Of a DNA stretch of 32,000 nucleotides, positions 1 to 9,370 are shown one piece after another. How positions within the stretch are numbered: the first letter of the stretch is position 1; the number at the start of each line of letters is the position of its first letter. The position numbers were made by a program, and so were the translations under genes. Source of the stretch: Okeania sp. (GTDB lineage: Bacteria > Cyanobacteriota > Cyanobacteriia > Cyanobacteriales > Microcoleaceae). The DNA is taken from NCBI RefSeq assembly GCF_035285525.1, contig NZ_JAYKGW010000039.1, positions 60,001 to 92,000 on the forward strand, in the 5' to 3' direction. The notes below the pieces were generated by a model. It was given only the letters and a program-made list of their open reading frames with translations. It ran no database searches and was not told the origin of the DNA.

Positions 1-191
1 TGGTAATAGGCGATCGCTTTAGTAAACTGTTGTTGCTCCTTTGCTACCATACCTAGATGGCTATAAGAAATAGCCACACTCCAAAAATCTTTGGCATTTT
101 CACGGATATGCAAAGCTTTTTGGAAATAGGCGATCGCCTTGGTAAACTCTCGTTGCTCCTTTGCTACTACACCCAAGTTGAATAGTGTCCT
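1..191 (-). CDS. TPR-repeat protein, partial; continues past the window start, and the N-terminal end is unclear or possibly disrupted
   Basis: The minus-strand frame reads ...LGVVAKEQREFTKAIAYFQKALHIRENAKDFWSVAISYSHLGMVAKEQQQFTKAIAYY, two 40-aa TPR-like units. The units are encoded by near-identical 120-bp DNA repeats (1-60 vs 121-180). This frame is closed by a stop at 192-194 and has no ATG. The nearby ATG at 225-223 is in another frame and stops after about 41 codons. Confidence 0.4.
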
Positions 192-334
192 CTACATGGT
201 TGATGACTAATCTATTTTTGGCCATATTTTTTTAGCGATCGTTTTTTGCATGAGGGCGGGTTTGTTTCATTTTAGTTCGAGTATTGAATTTTTGGCTACA
301 AACCCGTCCTATTGGAGTGTTTTATTTGAAACAG

Positions 335-474
335 TGTATTAGGGAGTAAGGTTGTTGTTGGGTTTCGTTCCTCAACCCAACCTACATTTACTGGAGGCTT
401 TCATTTAAAATAGTCTATTCGGGATAAAGATTATTGTTGGGTTTCGTTCCTCAACCCAACCTACGTTTATTGCT
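335..474. repeat. Two tandem copies (about 77-bp period) of an element containing the hairpin GTTGGGTT-TCGTTCCTC-AACCCAAC
   Basis: ttgttgggtttcgttcctcaacccaacctac occurs at about 354-395 and about 432-465, with similar flanks. Confidence 0.8.
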
Positions 475-480
475 CCTGCG

Positions 481-545
481 AAGAGAGGGGAGAAAAACTC
501 CCCCTTCCCTTGCAGGGAAGGGGGTTGGGGGGTTAGGTTTTCGCG
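481..545. repeat. GC-rich double-hairpin element (ggggag-aaaaa-ctcccc; cccttccc-ttgca-gggaaggg; ggttggggggttagg)
   Basis: Read directly from the sequence. A related motif in the opposite orientation lies at 30775-30815 (ccacccctaacccctcccaggaggggaa). Confidence 0.7.
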
Positions 546-637
546 CCTCATATTTTCAAGCTTGAGACACCAGTAGGTTAGAGACGTTGTATCGAACGTC
601 CCTAAATAGTTATCATTTTTTGATTAACAACTCCTAG

Positions 638-669
638 CTGATAACTGATAACTGATAACTGATAACTGA
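638..669. repeat. STRR-type heptamer array (CTGATAA) x4.5, directly abutting the rlmN stop codon
   Basis: ctgataactgataactgataactgataactga. The rlmN stop (TAG on the minus strand) is at 670-672. Confidence 0.9.
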
Positions 670-1686
670 CTAAGCTCGCGACGCTCGCAACTGTCCACAA
701 GCTGCATCAGCTTCTAAACCACGAGAATAACGAACGCTAACAGCAATATGTTGGTCTTCGAGAGCATTAACAAAAGATTTTATCTGTTCCTGAGTAGGTC
801 GTTGATAATCAACTTCACTAATCGGATTATAGGGTATTAAATTCACATGACACTGAAACCCCCGCAGATTTTTGGCTAATTCTCTAGCATGATCTGGTAG
901 ATCGTTAAAACCTGCTAACAAAATATATTCAAAACTAATTCTCCGTTTTGTTACCTTGACATATTCACGACATTCTGCTACCAAATCACTTAAAGGATAA
1001 GACTTAGCACTAGGAATCAGATGTTCGCGCAATCTTTGATTGGAAGCGTGGAGACTAACAGCAAGAGTTACTTGCAATTTCTGTTCTGCTAATTGTCGGA
1101 TGCGATCGCGAATCCCTACAGTTGAGATAGTTATTAAACGTTGTCCAATACCCACATCTTGATTTAGAGACTTAACTGCAGCTAACACATTTTTAGTATT
1201 TAGCAGAGGTTCCCCCATTCCCATAAACACAATATGACTAACCCGACGTTGAAAATCTTCTTGCACCGTCAACACCTGATCGATAATTTCCCGTGCTTCC
1301 AGGTTGCGGATAAAACCACCCTTACCAGTAGCGCAAAAATCACAATTCATTGGGCAACCAACCTGAGAGGAAACACAAACAGTTAACCGTTTATAACTAG
1401 GGATACCCACAGTTTCAATAATGTTACCATCTGAAAGTTGGAGTAAATATTTAACAGTCTCGTCTGGAGCAACAGAGCGATGATTTATGACGGACCGTCC
1501 AATCGGAAAATCACCAATTTCTTGACGCCATTGTTTAGAAAATACAGTAATATCTCCCAGAGATTTAGCTCCTTTTTGATAAATCCATTGATGTAATTGT
1601 TTACCTCGATAAGCAGGTTGTCCTTGCTGTTGTACCCAGTCTGTTAACTCAGTTAAGGATAAACCGAGGAGAGGAGTTTGAGTCAT
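670..1686 (-). CDS. rlmN: 23S rRNA/tRNA adenine-C2 methyltransferase RlmN (radical SAM)
   Basis: 338-aa ORF. Radical-SAM cluster motif [13 protein letters not shown]-terminal ...[12 protein letters not shown]..., C-terminal ...DAACGQL, all typical of RlmN/Cfr-family enzymes. Confidence 0.9.
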   Translation of the reverse strand: MTQTPLLGLSLTELTDWVQQQGQPAYRGKQLHQWIYQKGAKSLGDITVFSKQWRQEIGDFPIGRSVINHRSVAPDETVKYLLQLSDGNIIETVGIPSYKRLTVCVSSQVGCPMNCDFCATGKGGFIRNLEAREIIDQVLTVQEDFQRRVSHIVFMGMGEPLLNTKNVLAAVKSLNQDVGIGQRLITISTVGIRDRIRQLAEQKLQVTLAVSLHASNQRLREHLIPSAKSYPLSDLVAECREYVKVTKRRISFEYILLAGFNDLPDHARELAKNLRGFQCHVNLIPYNPISEVDYQRPTQEQIKSFVNALEDQHIAVSVRYSRGLEADAACGQLRASRA

Positions 1687-1688
1687 TT

Positions 1689-1719
1689 CAGTTATAAGTT
1701 ATAAGTTATCAATTATCAG
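1689..1719. repeat. Degenerate heptamer array (CAGTTAT/AAGTTAT), inverted relative to the 638-669 array, starting 3 nt upstream of the rlmN start codon
   Basis: cagttataagttataagttatcaattatcag. On the coding strand this reads ...ataactgaaATGact. Confidence 0.8.
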
Positions 1720-1929
1720 TACCTCATAGCTGTTGCCAGAGGCTTAAAATTCAGTTATCAGTTATTAGTACCTTAAATAAGTTAGTCTGTAATTGTAGCA
1801 TAGGTTTCCAGCTTGTTATATTAAATCCGGTAGTATCGGTATAAAAAAAAGCGTAGAAACCGGGTTTATCTAAAATATGGGTTGTCAGATTTGAGCGTAG
1901 AGTTTTGGTCTATAAATCTCTTAGCGCTT

Positions 1930-1980
1930 AGGTTTGGAGACCAAACCCCTACAGTTTTCTCACCAATGATTTCTTATTGG
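1930..1980. mobile_element. Small repeat family B (core TTGGAGACCAAACCCCTACAGTTTTTCTCA..AATGATTT)
   Basis: Related copies lie at 6001-6040 (reverse orientation), 19434-19487, 20692-20735 (partial) and 22141-22180. Confidence 0.7.
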
Positions 1981-1981
1981 T

Positions 1982-2071
1982 CAGGACTTACGCAAAGGTG
2001 CTATATATAGACTCAAAAACTATTGCGTATGGGGTTTTCAGCACCATATCTAGGGTTGCTGCATAAGTCCC
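1982..2071. mobile_element. MITE-like element, family A (terminal inverted repeats CAGGACTTACGCAAAG / ...GCATAAGTCCC)
   Basis: About 90 bp with imperfect terminal inverted repeats and an internal ctatatatag...aaaactattgcg core shared with the copies at 26844-26935 and in 29895-30705. Confidence 0.7.
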
Positions 2072-2080
2072 GTTGGTATA

Positions 2081-2231
2081 ATATCATATCCGGATAATCA
2101 GTGATAAAAAAATTTTTTCTCTTCTACCTTCTGTCTTCTACCTTCTGTCTTCTACCTTCTTTCTGCCTTCTACCTTTAGCATAGTTGCCTTACTTCCTCT
2201 ACAGTGTAAGTATTCAACTGGACATGATATA
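2081..2231. mobile_element. MITE-like element, family C (ends ATATCATATCCGGATAATCAGTGAT ... CAACTGGACATGATAT, with a CT-rich tandem core)
   Basis: Terminal inverted repeat atatcatatccgg / ctggacatgatat. Core (ttctaccttctgtc)n. Other copies lie at 3367-3564 and 29663-29770. Confidence 0.7.
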
Positions 2232-2269
2232 ACATAAAAAAATATCAAAGCTAAAAAGTGGATTTGAAT

Positions 2270-3361
2270 ATGACATCAACACTGACCAATCAATTAAATA
2301 ATTCTTTCACTCTTTTTCTCAGCTTATTGGTAGAAGCAATGCCATTTTTGCTCTTAGGGGTAGTTTTCTCTGGAATATTACAATGGTTTATTAATGAACG
2401 GAAATTAATCACAATCCTACCTGACAACCCCCTTTTAGGTGCATTTGTAGGCAGTTTAATTGGTTTTTTGTTCCCAGTGTGTGAATGTGGTAATGTTCCA
2501 GTTGCCAGACGTTTATTAATGCAAGGTATTCCTATTTCCGTATCAATTGGATTTTTATTAGCAGCTCCAACCATTAATCCCATAGTTATTTGGGCAACTT
2601 GGACAGCATTTAGAGATCAACCAGAAATTGTGGTGTTACGAGTAGTATTTTCTTTAGCTATAGCTACAATTATTGGTTGGGTATTCAGCGCTCAGAAAGA
2701 TATACGACAAATTCTGCAACCGACAACTGCTCGTTTATTACCTAGACCTCAACCAAAGTTGGAAACTTCTCCTCTTCTACAATCAGGAACATTTTTTTTA
2801 GGTCAATCTGCTACATCAATGCCCTTAGAATCTATGGGACTTTTCTCAGAATCAATGACAACATCTATTGCTCAAGGTCAATCTCTGGGATTTAGCGAGC
2901 AAACAGTTGCTAACCAAGGTATGAATGGAACATCTCTTTTTCTTGCACCTAATAAACAAAGACTTTTATCTTTATTGAATAGTATGATGCAAGAGTTACG
3001 AGAATTAGGAGGAGTATTAGTAATTGGTAGTGCGATCGCTGCCATTATTCAAGTTGCTGCCCCCCGTGAACTTATTTTGAATCTTGGTCAAAGTCCAGTA
3101 ACTTCAATTCTTGCTATGTTAACATTAGCAGCGGTGGTTTCGATTTGCTCTACTGTAGATGCTTTTTTTGCCCTGTCGTTTGCTGCAACTTTCACCAGTG
3201 GTTCTCTATTAGCTTTTTTGGTTTTTGGACCAATGATTGATATTAAAGCTGTTGGTTTATTGTTATCAGTTTTTCGCTCACGAGCTGTGATTTATTTGAT
3301 GGTTTTGGCAGCACAGTTGACTTTTATTATGGCTTTTGCTGTGAATTTATATTTAAATTAA
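2270..3361 (+). CDS. Predicted permease, COG0701 / PF03773 (ArsP_1/DUF318)-type, usually paired with a TIGR03943 protein
   Basis: Polytopic membrane ORF with the family-typical FPVCECGNVPVARRL motif. The ATG at 2270 is preferred over the track's GTG at 2258. A DUF1980/TIGR03943-like gene follows. Confidence 0.75.
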   Translation: MTSTLTNQLNNSFTLFLSLLVEAMPFLLLGVVFSGILQWFINERKLITILPDNPLLGAFVGSLIGFLFPVCECGNVPVARRLLMQGIPISVSIGFLLAAPTINPIVIWATWTAFRDQPEIVVLRVVFSLAIATIIGWVFSAQKDIRQILQPTTARLLPRPQPKLETSPLLQSGTFFLGQSATSMPLESMGLFSESMTTSIAQGQSLGFSEQTVANQGMNGTSLFLAPNKQRLLSLLNSMMQELRELGGVLVIGSAIAAIIQVAAPRELILNLGQSPVTSILAMLTLAAVVSICSTVDAFFALSFAATFTSGSLLAFLVFGPMIDIKAVGLLLSVFRSRAVIYLMVLAAQLTFIMAFAVNLYLN

Positions 3362-3366
3362 CTGTC

Positions 3367-3564
3367 ATATTATGTCTGGATAATTAATGATAAAAACTTT
3401 TTTCCTTTTGAATCTTTCTTTTCCTTGTGCCTTATTTCCTCTTATTCCCTGGATCAAAAACTTTCCCTTTGAATCTTTCTTTTCCTTCTACCTACCTTCC
3501 TTCTGTTCTACCAATTTGAAAAAAGAATGTCACACATAGTTTCAAACTTTAGATGTCGAATAAT
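3367..3564. mobile_element. MITE-like element, family C, copy 2 (internal 62-bp duplication, degenerate right end)
   Basis: The left end atattatgtctggataattaatgataaaaa matches copies 1 and 3. tttgaatctttcttttcctt occurs twice (about 3407-3426 and about 3469-3488). Confidence 0.6.
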
Positions 3565-3697
3565 TTGCTGAAGTTATTCAAGTATCAAAGTTTTGATTTA
3601 TAAAATCATAATGCATGACTTTTGACTTTTGAATTCCGTGAAACGGTATTCCCTGTTCCCTGTTCCCTTTTTCCACACAGAAATAATTTTTTTTACT

Positions 3698-4507
3698 ATG
3701 AAAGTTAGCAAATCATCTTCTCTATTTAAACAATTTGAACCTTGGTTAGATATCGCAGCAATTTTAGCTTGGGGTTTTTTATTAATACATTATTGGAAAA
3801 CAGAAAAATTATATATATTAATTCATCCTCGTTATTTTGGTCTAACTATTGGTGCTGGAATCAGTTTATTAATATTAGGTAGCTGCAAAACATTGGAGTT
3901 ACTATATAATATCAGCAAAAATCGTCAACGTTCCCGGCAATCAAAATCAGAAATTAGTACAGTTCAAAATCAACAACATATTAACTTTTTTCCTCCTGGT
4001 TGGAGTAGTATGTTATTATTAATATCTGCTGTACTAGCTTTAACAATTACTCCTCAAGTTTTTGCCAGTCAAACTGCATTACAAAGAGGATTAACAGAAT
4101 CTTTACCAGTAACCAGAGTCCAACCTCAAGAATTTGGTCGTGCTAAAAAACCAGAAGAGCGATCGCTAATTGAATGGATTAGGACTTTAAATGTTTATCC
4201 AGAACCAGATGCTTATAACGATCAGAAAGTTAATGTAACTGGATTTGTACTTTATCCCATAGGATTATCTGACCAATATTTTTGGATATCTAGATTTATT
4301 TTGACTTGTTGTGCTGCTGATGCTTATCCAGTAGGATTACCAGTTAAATTACCAGCAAGCAAAAACCGGAGTAACTATCCTCAAGATAGTTGGTTGAAAA
4401 TAGAAGGAAAAATGATTACTGATGAGTTAAATGGTCAACGTAAATTAACAATTTTTCCCGACAAAATAGAGCCTATTTCTAGGCCAAAAAATCCTTATGA
4501 TTATTAA
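3698..4507 (+). CDS. TIGR03943/DUF1980-family membrane protein (partner subunit of the upstream permease)
   Basis: N-terminal TM helices and the C-terminal motif SRFILTCCAADAYPVGLPVK typical of DUF1980. The ATG at 3698 (MKVSKSS...) is preferred over the track's TTG at 3629, which lies in repeat sequence. Confidence 0.7.
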   Translation: MKVSKSSSLFKQFEPWLDIAAILAWGFLLIHYWKTEKLYILIHPRYFGLTIGAGISLLILGSCKTLELLYNISKNRQRSRQSKSEISTVQNQQHINFFPPGWSSMLLLISAVLALTITPQVFASQTALQRGLTESLPVTRVQPQEFGRAKKPEERSLIEWIRTLNVYPEPDAYNDQKVNVTGFVLYPIGLSDQYFWISRFILTCCAADAYPVGLPVKLPASKNRSNYPQDSWLKIEGKMITDELNGQRKLTIFPDKIEPISRPKNPYDY

Positions 4508-4513
4508 TCAGGT

Positions 4514-4540
4514 TAGGGAGTAGGGAGTAGGGAGTAGGCA
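4514..4540. repeat. STRR-type heptamer array (GGGAGTA) x3-4, immediately after the stop of the 3698-4507 gene
   Basis: agggagtagggagtagggagtagg. The same heptamer array occurs at 14510-14545, and reverse-complemented at about 11086-11120. Confidence 0.85.
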
Positions 4541-4642
4541 GTAGTTAAGAGGAATAGGGAGTTGTATAGAAGGTACACGGTTCCGGAGAAATCAGAAAAA
4601 ATTATCCCTTGCCCAACTCTTACCTAAATAGCTATTGGTAGT

Positions 4643-4854
4643 GGACTGTTTCATCTTAAATAGTGCATGGGGTAGGGGCGGGTTTATGCGACAATTTTGA
4701 TACTACTCTAAGATTTATACAAACCCGCCCCGGAAACGTTGGCTTATATCACTGGGGGCGGGTTTATCTAGTTGACTTGTAAAACTCGTTAACTCACTTG
4801 TAAAACCCGCCCCTACGGTGTCTTCCTATTGCACTATTTTAGACGAAACAATCC
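4643..4854. repeat. Nested palindromic element: outer arms (ggactgtttcatc...aaatagtgca / tgcactattt...gacgaaacaatcc) enclosing two GGGGCGGGTTT...AAACCCGCCCC hairpins
   Basis: Inverted repeats read directly from the sequence. It lies between convergent genes, so it probably also acts as a bidirectional terminator. A single related hairpin is at about 250-310. Confidence 0.7.
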
Positions 4855-4942
4855 AGTAGGGTGTGTTAGCGCACAACGCACAACGCACCAAAACTCTATA
4901 TGTAGTTTCTTTGCCTAAGTCCTGATTATTCATAAAAATCTG

Positions 4943-5560
4943 TTATTTTTTACTTCGATAACGACTCCCTGAACCAACAACTTTTGCAGAACTAGATTTA
5001 CGAGTGGACTTACGTCGTCGCTTTTGCAGCTTAATTTCAGGAAGTAAACCAGATAAACCCTTGGCTTTATAACGTTTGTAAGCAGAACTACTCCAGTCAC
5101 TCACAGAATGACTCATGGCCCCAACTTCAAGGCCAACTAATAAAGCAATTACTTCTGGATAATGTTGGGAAAGCGATCGCCACAAACCTACTACAAATTC
5201 TAAAGTCCTTCCTTCTAAACCCAATAACTGATCTATAATCAAACCCAATACTACTAAAACTGACAACCAAGTTAATAAATACAACAGCCGTAGTGCAGTA
5301 CCAATTATCGGTCCATGAGATAAAAAGGAACGATGGTGAAGACTTTTTTGGTAAGGTCGCCAAAGCCACTTCAACCAACCCCAACGTTGAAATTGACGGG
5401 AATAGATATCTAAGTCCGGCCCAAACATTAGGCCACTAAATAAAAAACCCCCAGATACAAATAGGGTCAAGTGGGTACTACGAAGCAACCCAAAACTTAA
5501 GCCTGTCACAATGGGCAAACTCCATAAGGTTATCCGATCATGGTTACTACCACTAGGCAT
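4943..5560 (-). CDS. DUF2227-like membrane 'metal-binding' protein (conserved hypothetical)
   Basis: 205-aa ORF. MPSGSNHDRITLW...GPDLDIYSRQFQRWGW...HHRSFLSHGPIIGT matches my memory of the DUF2227/COG2389 family. Basic C-terminal tail. Confidence 0.55.
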   Translation of the reverse strand: MPSGSNHDRITLWSLPIVTGLSFGLLRSTHLTLFVSGGFLFSGLMFGPDLDIYSRQFQRWGWLKWLWRPYQKSLHHRSFLSHGPIIGTALRLLYLLTWLSVLVVLGLIIDQLLGLEGRTLEFVVGLWRSLSQHYPEVIALLVGLEVGAMSHSVSDWSSSAYKRYKAKGLSGLLPEIKLQKRRRKSTRKSSSAKVVGSGSRYRSKK

Positions 5561-5673
5561 AGGAAATTCAATTTAGGCCAAACAATATATAAGTTATATT
5601 TATCATATATACTAGATTATACAATTTTTTTTAAGTTGCATTTTTAGTAATCTATGTTATATTAGTAAAAGTC

Positions 5674-5745
5674 GGGCGATTAGCTCAGTGGTAGAGCGCC
5701 TGCCTTACAAGCAGGATGCCACTGGTTCAAATCCAGTATCGCCCA
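5674..5745 (+). tRNA. tRNA-Val (anticodon UAC), no encoded CCA
   Basis: Acceptor stem gggcgat/atcgccc, D-arm agctcagtggtagagc, anticodon stem cctgc/gcagg with loop cuUACaa, T-arm ctggttcaaatccag, discriminator A. Confidence 0.9.
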
Positions 5746-6000
5746 TATTTTAAACTAAAGAAGTCTTTTTTTGAACTAACGGTATAGCATTCAGGCAAGG
5801 GATAGATATTTGCGGAAAAGGTAGCTCCGGTCTCTTATTTCCTGTTTCTCTAAAATAAAAATTTATCCCGCACTCTATCTCTATTCTATACAGTACAACA
5901 CTTTCCGTTGTTATGATTTAGATTCCATGGGGGCAAGATGCCAGAACTACAATGTTTTCACTATTTACCCTGTACATCATTTACCTGAAACCTGCTGTAA

Positions 6001-6040
6001 AATGATTTGTGAGAAAAAAACTGTAGGGGTTTGGTCTCCC
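6001..6040. mobile_element. Repeat family B copy (reverse orientation)
   Basis: aatgatttgtgagaaaaaaactgtaggggtttggtctcc is the reverse complement of the family B core. Confidence 0.6.
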
Positions 6041-6387
6041 AACCCTCTACCAACTAGAAATTTTCGCTCTTTTCTAATAGCATAAGGTTATTCTCCAAAG
6101 CACGCAGATTTGATATAATTCTTACTACTACCTCCTCTATAATTTCCATTCATCCTGACTCCTACCCCAACAAAAAGACTTTAGGGAATAGCAAAATATA
6201 GATTATTCCAATTTTCTATTCTATCGTTAACTGATTGCTGTATAATCCCCGTAGGGACCTTGCATAACAAAAATGCGTTTCATGTCGCGCAGCGATATGT
6301 CCGTACTACTCCCTATCTTCATAACTAACGGGATATTCTTTTACTTGGAATTCCCTTATTCAGCAAACTCTAATTATTAATTATTAA

Positions 6388-7953
6388 TTATTCTATCTCG
6401 TCTCCTGTCTTTTCTTGAACTCCCTGAATAATTCTGGACAGCTCACTTTTCTCATTTACTGTAATGCGAGTTGGAGAACCACTAATAATTCCTTCATAAC
6501 TACGGAAAGAGTCTTTAATATCTGGACCTTGGGCAGTAATTGTATATTCTCTAATACCTTTATCATGCCATGAACCACGCATTTTAAAGACATTAATTGC
6601 GCGAGACATTTCACCACGAATTTCTACATATTGCAGCATGAGAATTGTATCAGTAATTGTAGAAATATGGGAATCTGTAATAGAATTAGACCCCATAAAC
6701 TGATCGGTAGTATTAGTAAAAAATCCAGTTATTTCTTCTTGTTTGGCAAAACCAGTTACACCAATCACAAATTGTCTAAAAGCATTATTACTTACTCCCC
6801 TTGCTAAAGCAGATAAAGAATCAATAGCTATTCTCGATGGTTTAAAATCGGCAATTTCTGATTTAATAATTTGTAAGTGGTCTTCTAAACCGGCAGATTC
6901 TGGATAGCTACATAAAATTCTTAATAATCCTTTTTTTTCTAATTCTTCAAAATCTATACCCCAAGAAGAAGCATTACGGAATAATTGTGCCCTAGATTCT
7001 TCATAAGCAAAAAGCATCGCAGGTTCATTATTCATACAACCATTTTCGATAAATTTACTAACTAGCAAAGTTTTTCCTGTACCTGTAGCGCCAGTTGCTA
7101 ATATAATAGAATCTTTAAAGAAACCTCCTCCACACATTTGGTCAAGAATTTTATCCCCAGAAGAAACCCTAACATTAGAAGACCTTTGAGTTAAACGCAT
7201 CGCTCCCAGTGGGAATATATTTACACCATCATTAGTAATAGTAAATGGATATTCTCCTTTCATGTGAGTTGTCCCCCTCAGTTTCAGGATTTCCATTGTC
7301 CGACGTCTACGTTCACCTTCCAGAGCATTACGCACTATCACAACATTATCAGAGACAAATTCTTCTACTCCAAATCTGGCCACAGGGCCATATTCTTCTA
7401 CCCTTTCTGTAGTCATAATAGTTGTGGCCCCAACTTGTTTAAGTCGGGCAACTAAACGAAATATTTCTCTTCTGACTACCGAAGCAGCATCATATTGTTG
7501 AAATACAGCAGTTACAGAATCAATAGAAACTCTTCTAGCTTTATATTTACGAATAGCATATTGAATTCTTTCTATTAAAGCAGATAAGTCAAAATTGCCA
7601 ACTATGTCTTGTCCCTCTGGATCGGGAGAAGCATCTAAGATAAATAATTTGCCATCATCAACTAATTGCTGTAAGTTCCAACCAAAACTGTAGGCATTTT
7701 TAATAATATCCTGGGGAGACTCTTCAAAAGTGACAAATACTCCAGGTTCTTCAAAATAGGTAATCCCATTATAAAGAAACTGAATAGCAAACAATGTTTT
7801 ACCAGTTCCAGATGTACCGCTGACTAAGGTTGTTCTGCCAACTGGCATTCCTCCATGACTGATGTCGTCAAAACCCTCAATCATGGTCTTAATTTTTTCA
7901 ACTCCTACGGTTGCTATTCGATCTTTTCTAATAGACTCACTATTTTCATTCAT
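6388..7953 (-). CDS. kaiC: Circadian clock protein KaiC (double RecA-like ATPase/autokinase)
   Basis: 521 aa with two Walker A motifs (GTSGTGKT and GATGTGKT). The sequence is KaiC-like throughout (...KIKTMIEGFDDISHGGMPVGRTTLVSG...). The stop codon is embedded in a TAATTAT x3 array (6371-6391). Confidence 0.97.
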   Translation of the reverse strand: MNENSESIRKDRIATVGVEKIKTMIEGFDDISHGGMPVGRTTLVSGTSGTGKTLFAIQFLYNGITYFEEPGVFVTFEESPQDIIKNAYSFGWNLQQLVDDGKLFILDASPDPEGQDIVGNFDLSALIERIQYAIRKYKARRVSIDSVTAVFQQYDAASVVRREIFRLVARLKQVGATTIMTTERVEEYGPVARFGVEEFVSDNVVIVRNALEGERRRRTMEILKLRGTTHMKGEYPFTITNDGVNIFPLGAMRLTQRSSNVRVSSGDKILDQMCGGGFFKDSIILATGATGTGKTLLVSKFIENGCMNNEPAMLFAYEESRAQLFRNASSWGIDFEELEKKGLLRILCSYPESAGLEDHLQIIKSEIADFKPSRIAIDSLSALARGVSNNAFRQFVIGVTGFAKQEEITGFFTNTTDQFMGSNSITDSHISTITDTILMLQYVEIRGEMSRAINVFKMRGSWHDKGIREYTITAQGPDIKDSFRSYEGIISGSPTRITVNEKSELSRIIQGVQEKTGDEIE

Positions 7954-8162
7954 ACCTTTAATCTTCTTTTGGAAAAATTTAGCTATCCACGAATATGTTT
8001 ATTCCGGCCTTGTCGCCTCAAGATGTTATATGTCCTCAACATTTATATCACAAAATAGTTCATAAAAATATAGTTACAACATTAGACATCTCCTTGTAAG
8101 GATAGGCTTTAGAGGAGGATTAATTATTAATTATCAATTATCCATTATTAATTATCCATTAT

Positions 8163-8477
8163 TTAGAGATTATATTCATCTTCGCTAAGTTCTTCATAAA
8201 GCAAGTCTAATCCAATTAATACCTTTTCCCGGTCTGAAAGGTCGCCAATAATTTTTCTGACAGGTGGAGGTAATATTTTAGACAAAGTTGGCGTGGCCAA
8301 AATTTTATCTTCTTCTGCTAACTGAGGATTTTTTAATACGTCTATTACTTTTAAGGCATAAACTCCTTGAAATTCTTGTTCGAGAATGTCTTTGAGTGTT
8401 TTTAATGCTCGAACAGAATTAGGAGTATTTCCAGCAACGTATAATTTTAAAACATAGGTTTTTTTCAGAGGAGTCAT
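8163..8477 (-). CDS. kaiB: Circadian clock protein KaiB
   Basis: [33 protein letters not shown]...[33 protein letters not shown] is canonical KaiB. The ATG at 8477 is preferred over the track's TTG at 8489. Confidence 0.95.
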   Translation of the reverse strand: MTPLKKTYVLKLYVAGNTPNSVRALKTLKDILEQEFQGVYALKVIDVLKNPQLAEEDKILATPTLSKILPPPVRKIIGDLSDREKVLIGLDLLYEELSEDEYNL

Positions 8478-8779
8478 AGTTATTCTCAAGTAGTTTTTTC
8501 AGATTGTTTGAATAGTTTTTCTGGAATGAACAGCCGATTTAATAATACTTAAAACTCAATTAAAACCAATTTTTTGGGTGCATCTCAATTTTGGATAAAG
8601 CCAAAAAATTACCGCTTTTAGGGAACACTTAACTGGGAACAGGGAACAGATATGGAAGGAATGGGTATGGAGGAAAAAAGTATTTTGGTAAATTAAAGAT
8701 GAGATGTACCAATTTTTGTGTTTAGGAATTAATTGATTGGTTAAATATATTAACGTAATATTTCAGCTTGTCTTAGGGA

Positions 8780-9000
8780 ATGCTATGCAAACAGCTTCTG
8801 GAAAAAATCAAGCAATTACTAAAGTTTAGATGATGACTTTTTTCTGATTAACTTTTACAGCAGATTCCAAGTATATAAAGTACAAATATTAACGATGAAA
8901 TTTTTGTATAATAGGCATTCTTATGTTATATAAAATGCCTAAATCTTGATGAAATGCCCTGTAATTAATTATTTTTTTTGGAGAATAATTCCTTCTTCCC
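8780..9000. repeat. Module A of a diverged duplication inside the kaiA-kaiB spacer
   Basis: It shares ordered motifs with 9191-9370: atgct..gcaaacagct, aagcaatt, agtt(t)ag(a/c)tgatgac, tacagcagattcca, attattttt..ga..taattccttctt. Confidence 0.55.
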
Positions 9001-9190
9001 TAATAAAGTAATCCTAAATAAGCTGCAATATTTTATCCTAGTTTTTTCGCTCCGAATCAGATATTTGCTTCGATTTAGAAACCAAAATTCTACAATTTTT
9101 GACAAATCATTATTTAGGGTTATTATTATTAAATTTTAACTCGTGAATGATAGGTAGTAAGTAACAACTTTTGTAAGCATTTCCTGGGTC

Positions 9191-9370
9191 ATGCTGCGCA
9201 AACAGCTATTAGCATTTAGCATTTTTTGTGGAATGCACTTGCATTCAGATTTGGTAAATAATTAAGCAATTTAAAAGTTAGCTGATGACCAATTTCATGG
9301 ATAACTTTTAATTATTTTTAGAAGTTAATTCCTTCTTGAATTTTATAGTAAGTTAATACAGCAGATTCCA
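9191..9370. repeat. Module B of the diverged duplication inside the kaiA-kaiB spacer
   Basis: See module A. The order of two motifs differs, so the copies have been rearranged. Confidence 0.55.

Noticed and set aside
2290-2583. 97-aa ORF antisense to the permease gene
   Set aside because: It lies entirely inside, and antisense to, a well-supported membrane-protein ORF, with no motif of its own.
5127-5384. 85-aa ORF in another frame on the same strand, within the DUF2227-like gene
   Set aside because: It is nested inside the longer ORF, which has recognisable conserved motifs. It is likely a frame artefact.
5674-5745. tRNA-Val as an integration site for a genomic island
   Set aside because: There is no integrase, no duplicated tRNA 3' end and no foreign-looking genes next to it. 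The AT-rich island is 9 kb away, beyond the kai cluster.
7264-8065. Three short plus-strand ORFs (7264-7455, 7855-8058, 7862-8065) overlapping kaiC and its upstream region
   Set aside because: They are antisense to kaiC or its 5' region, have low-complexity translations, and show no ribosome-binding context.
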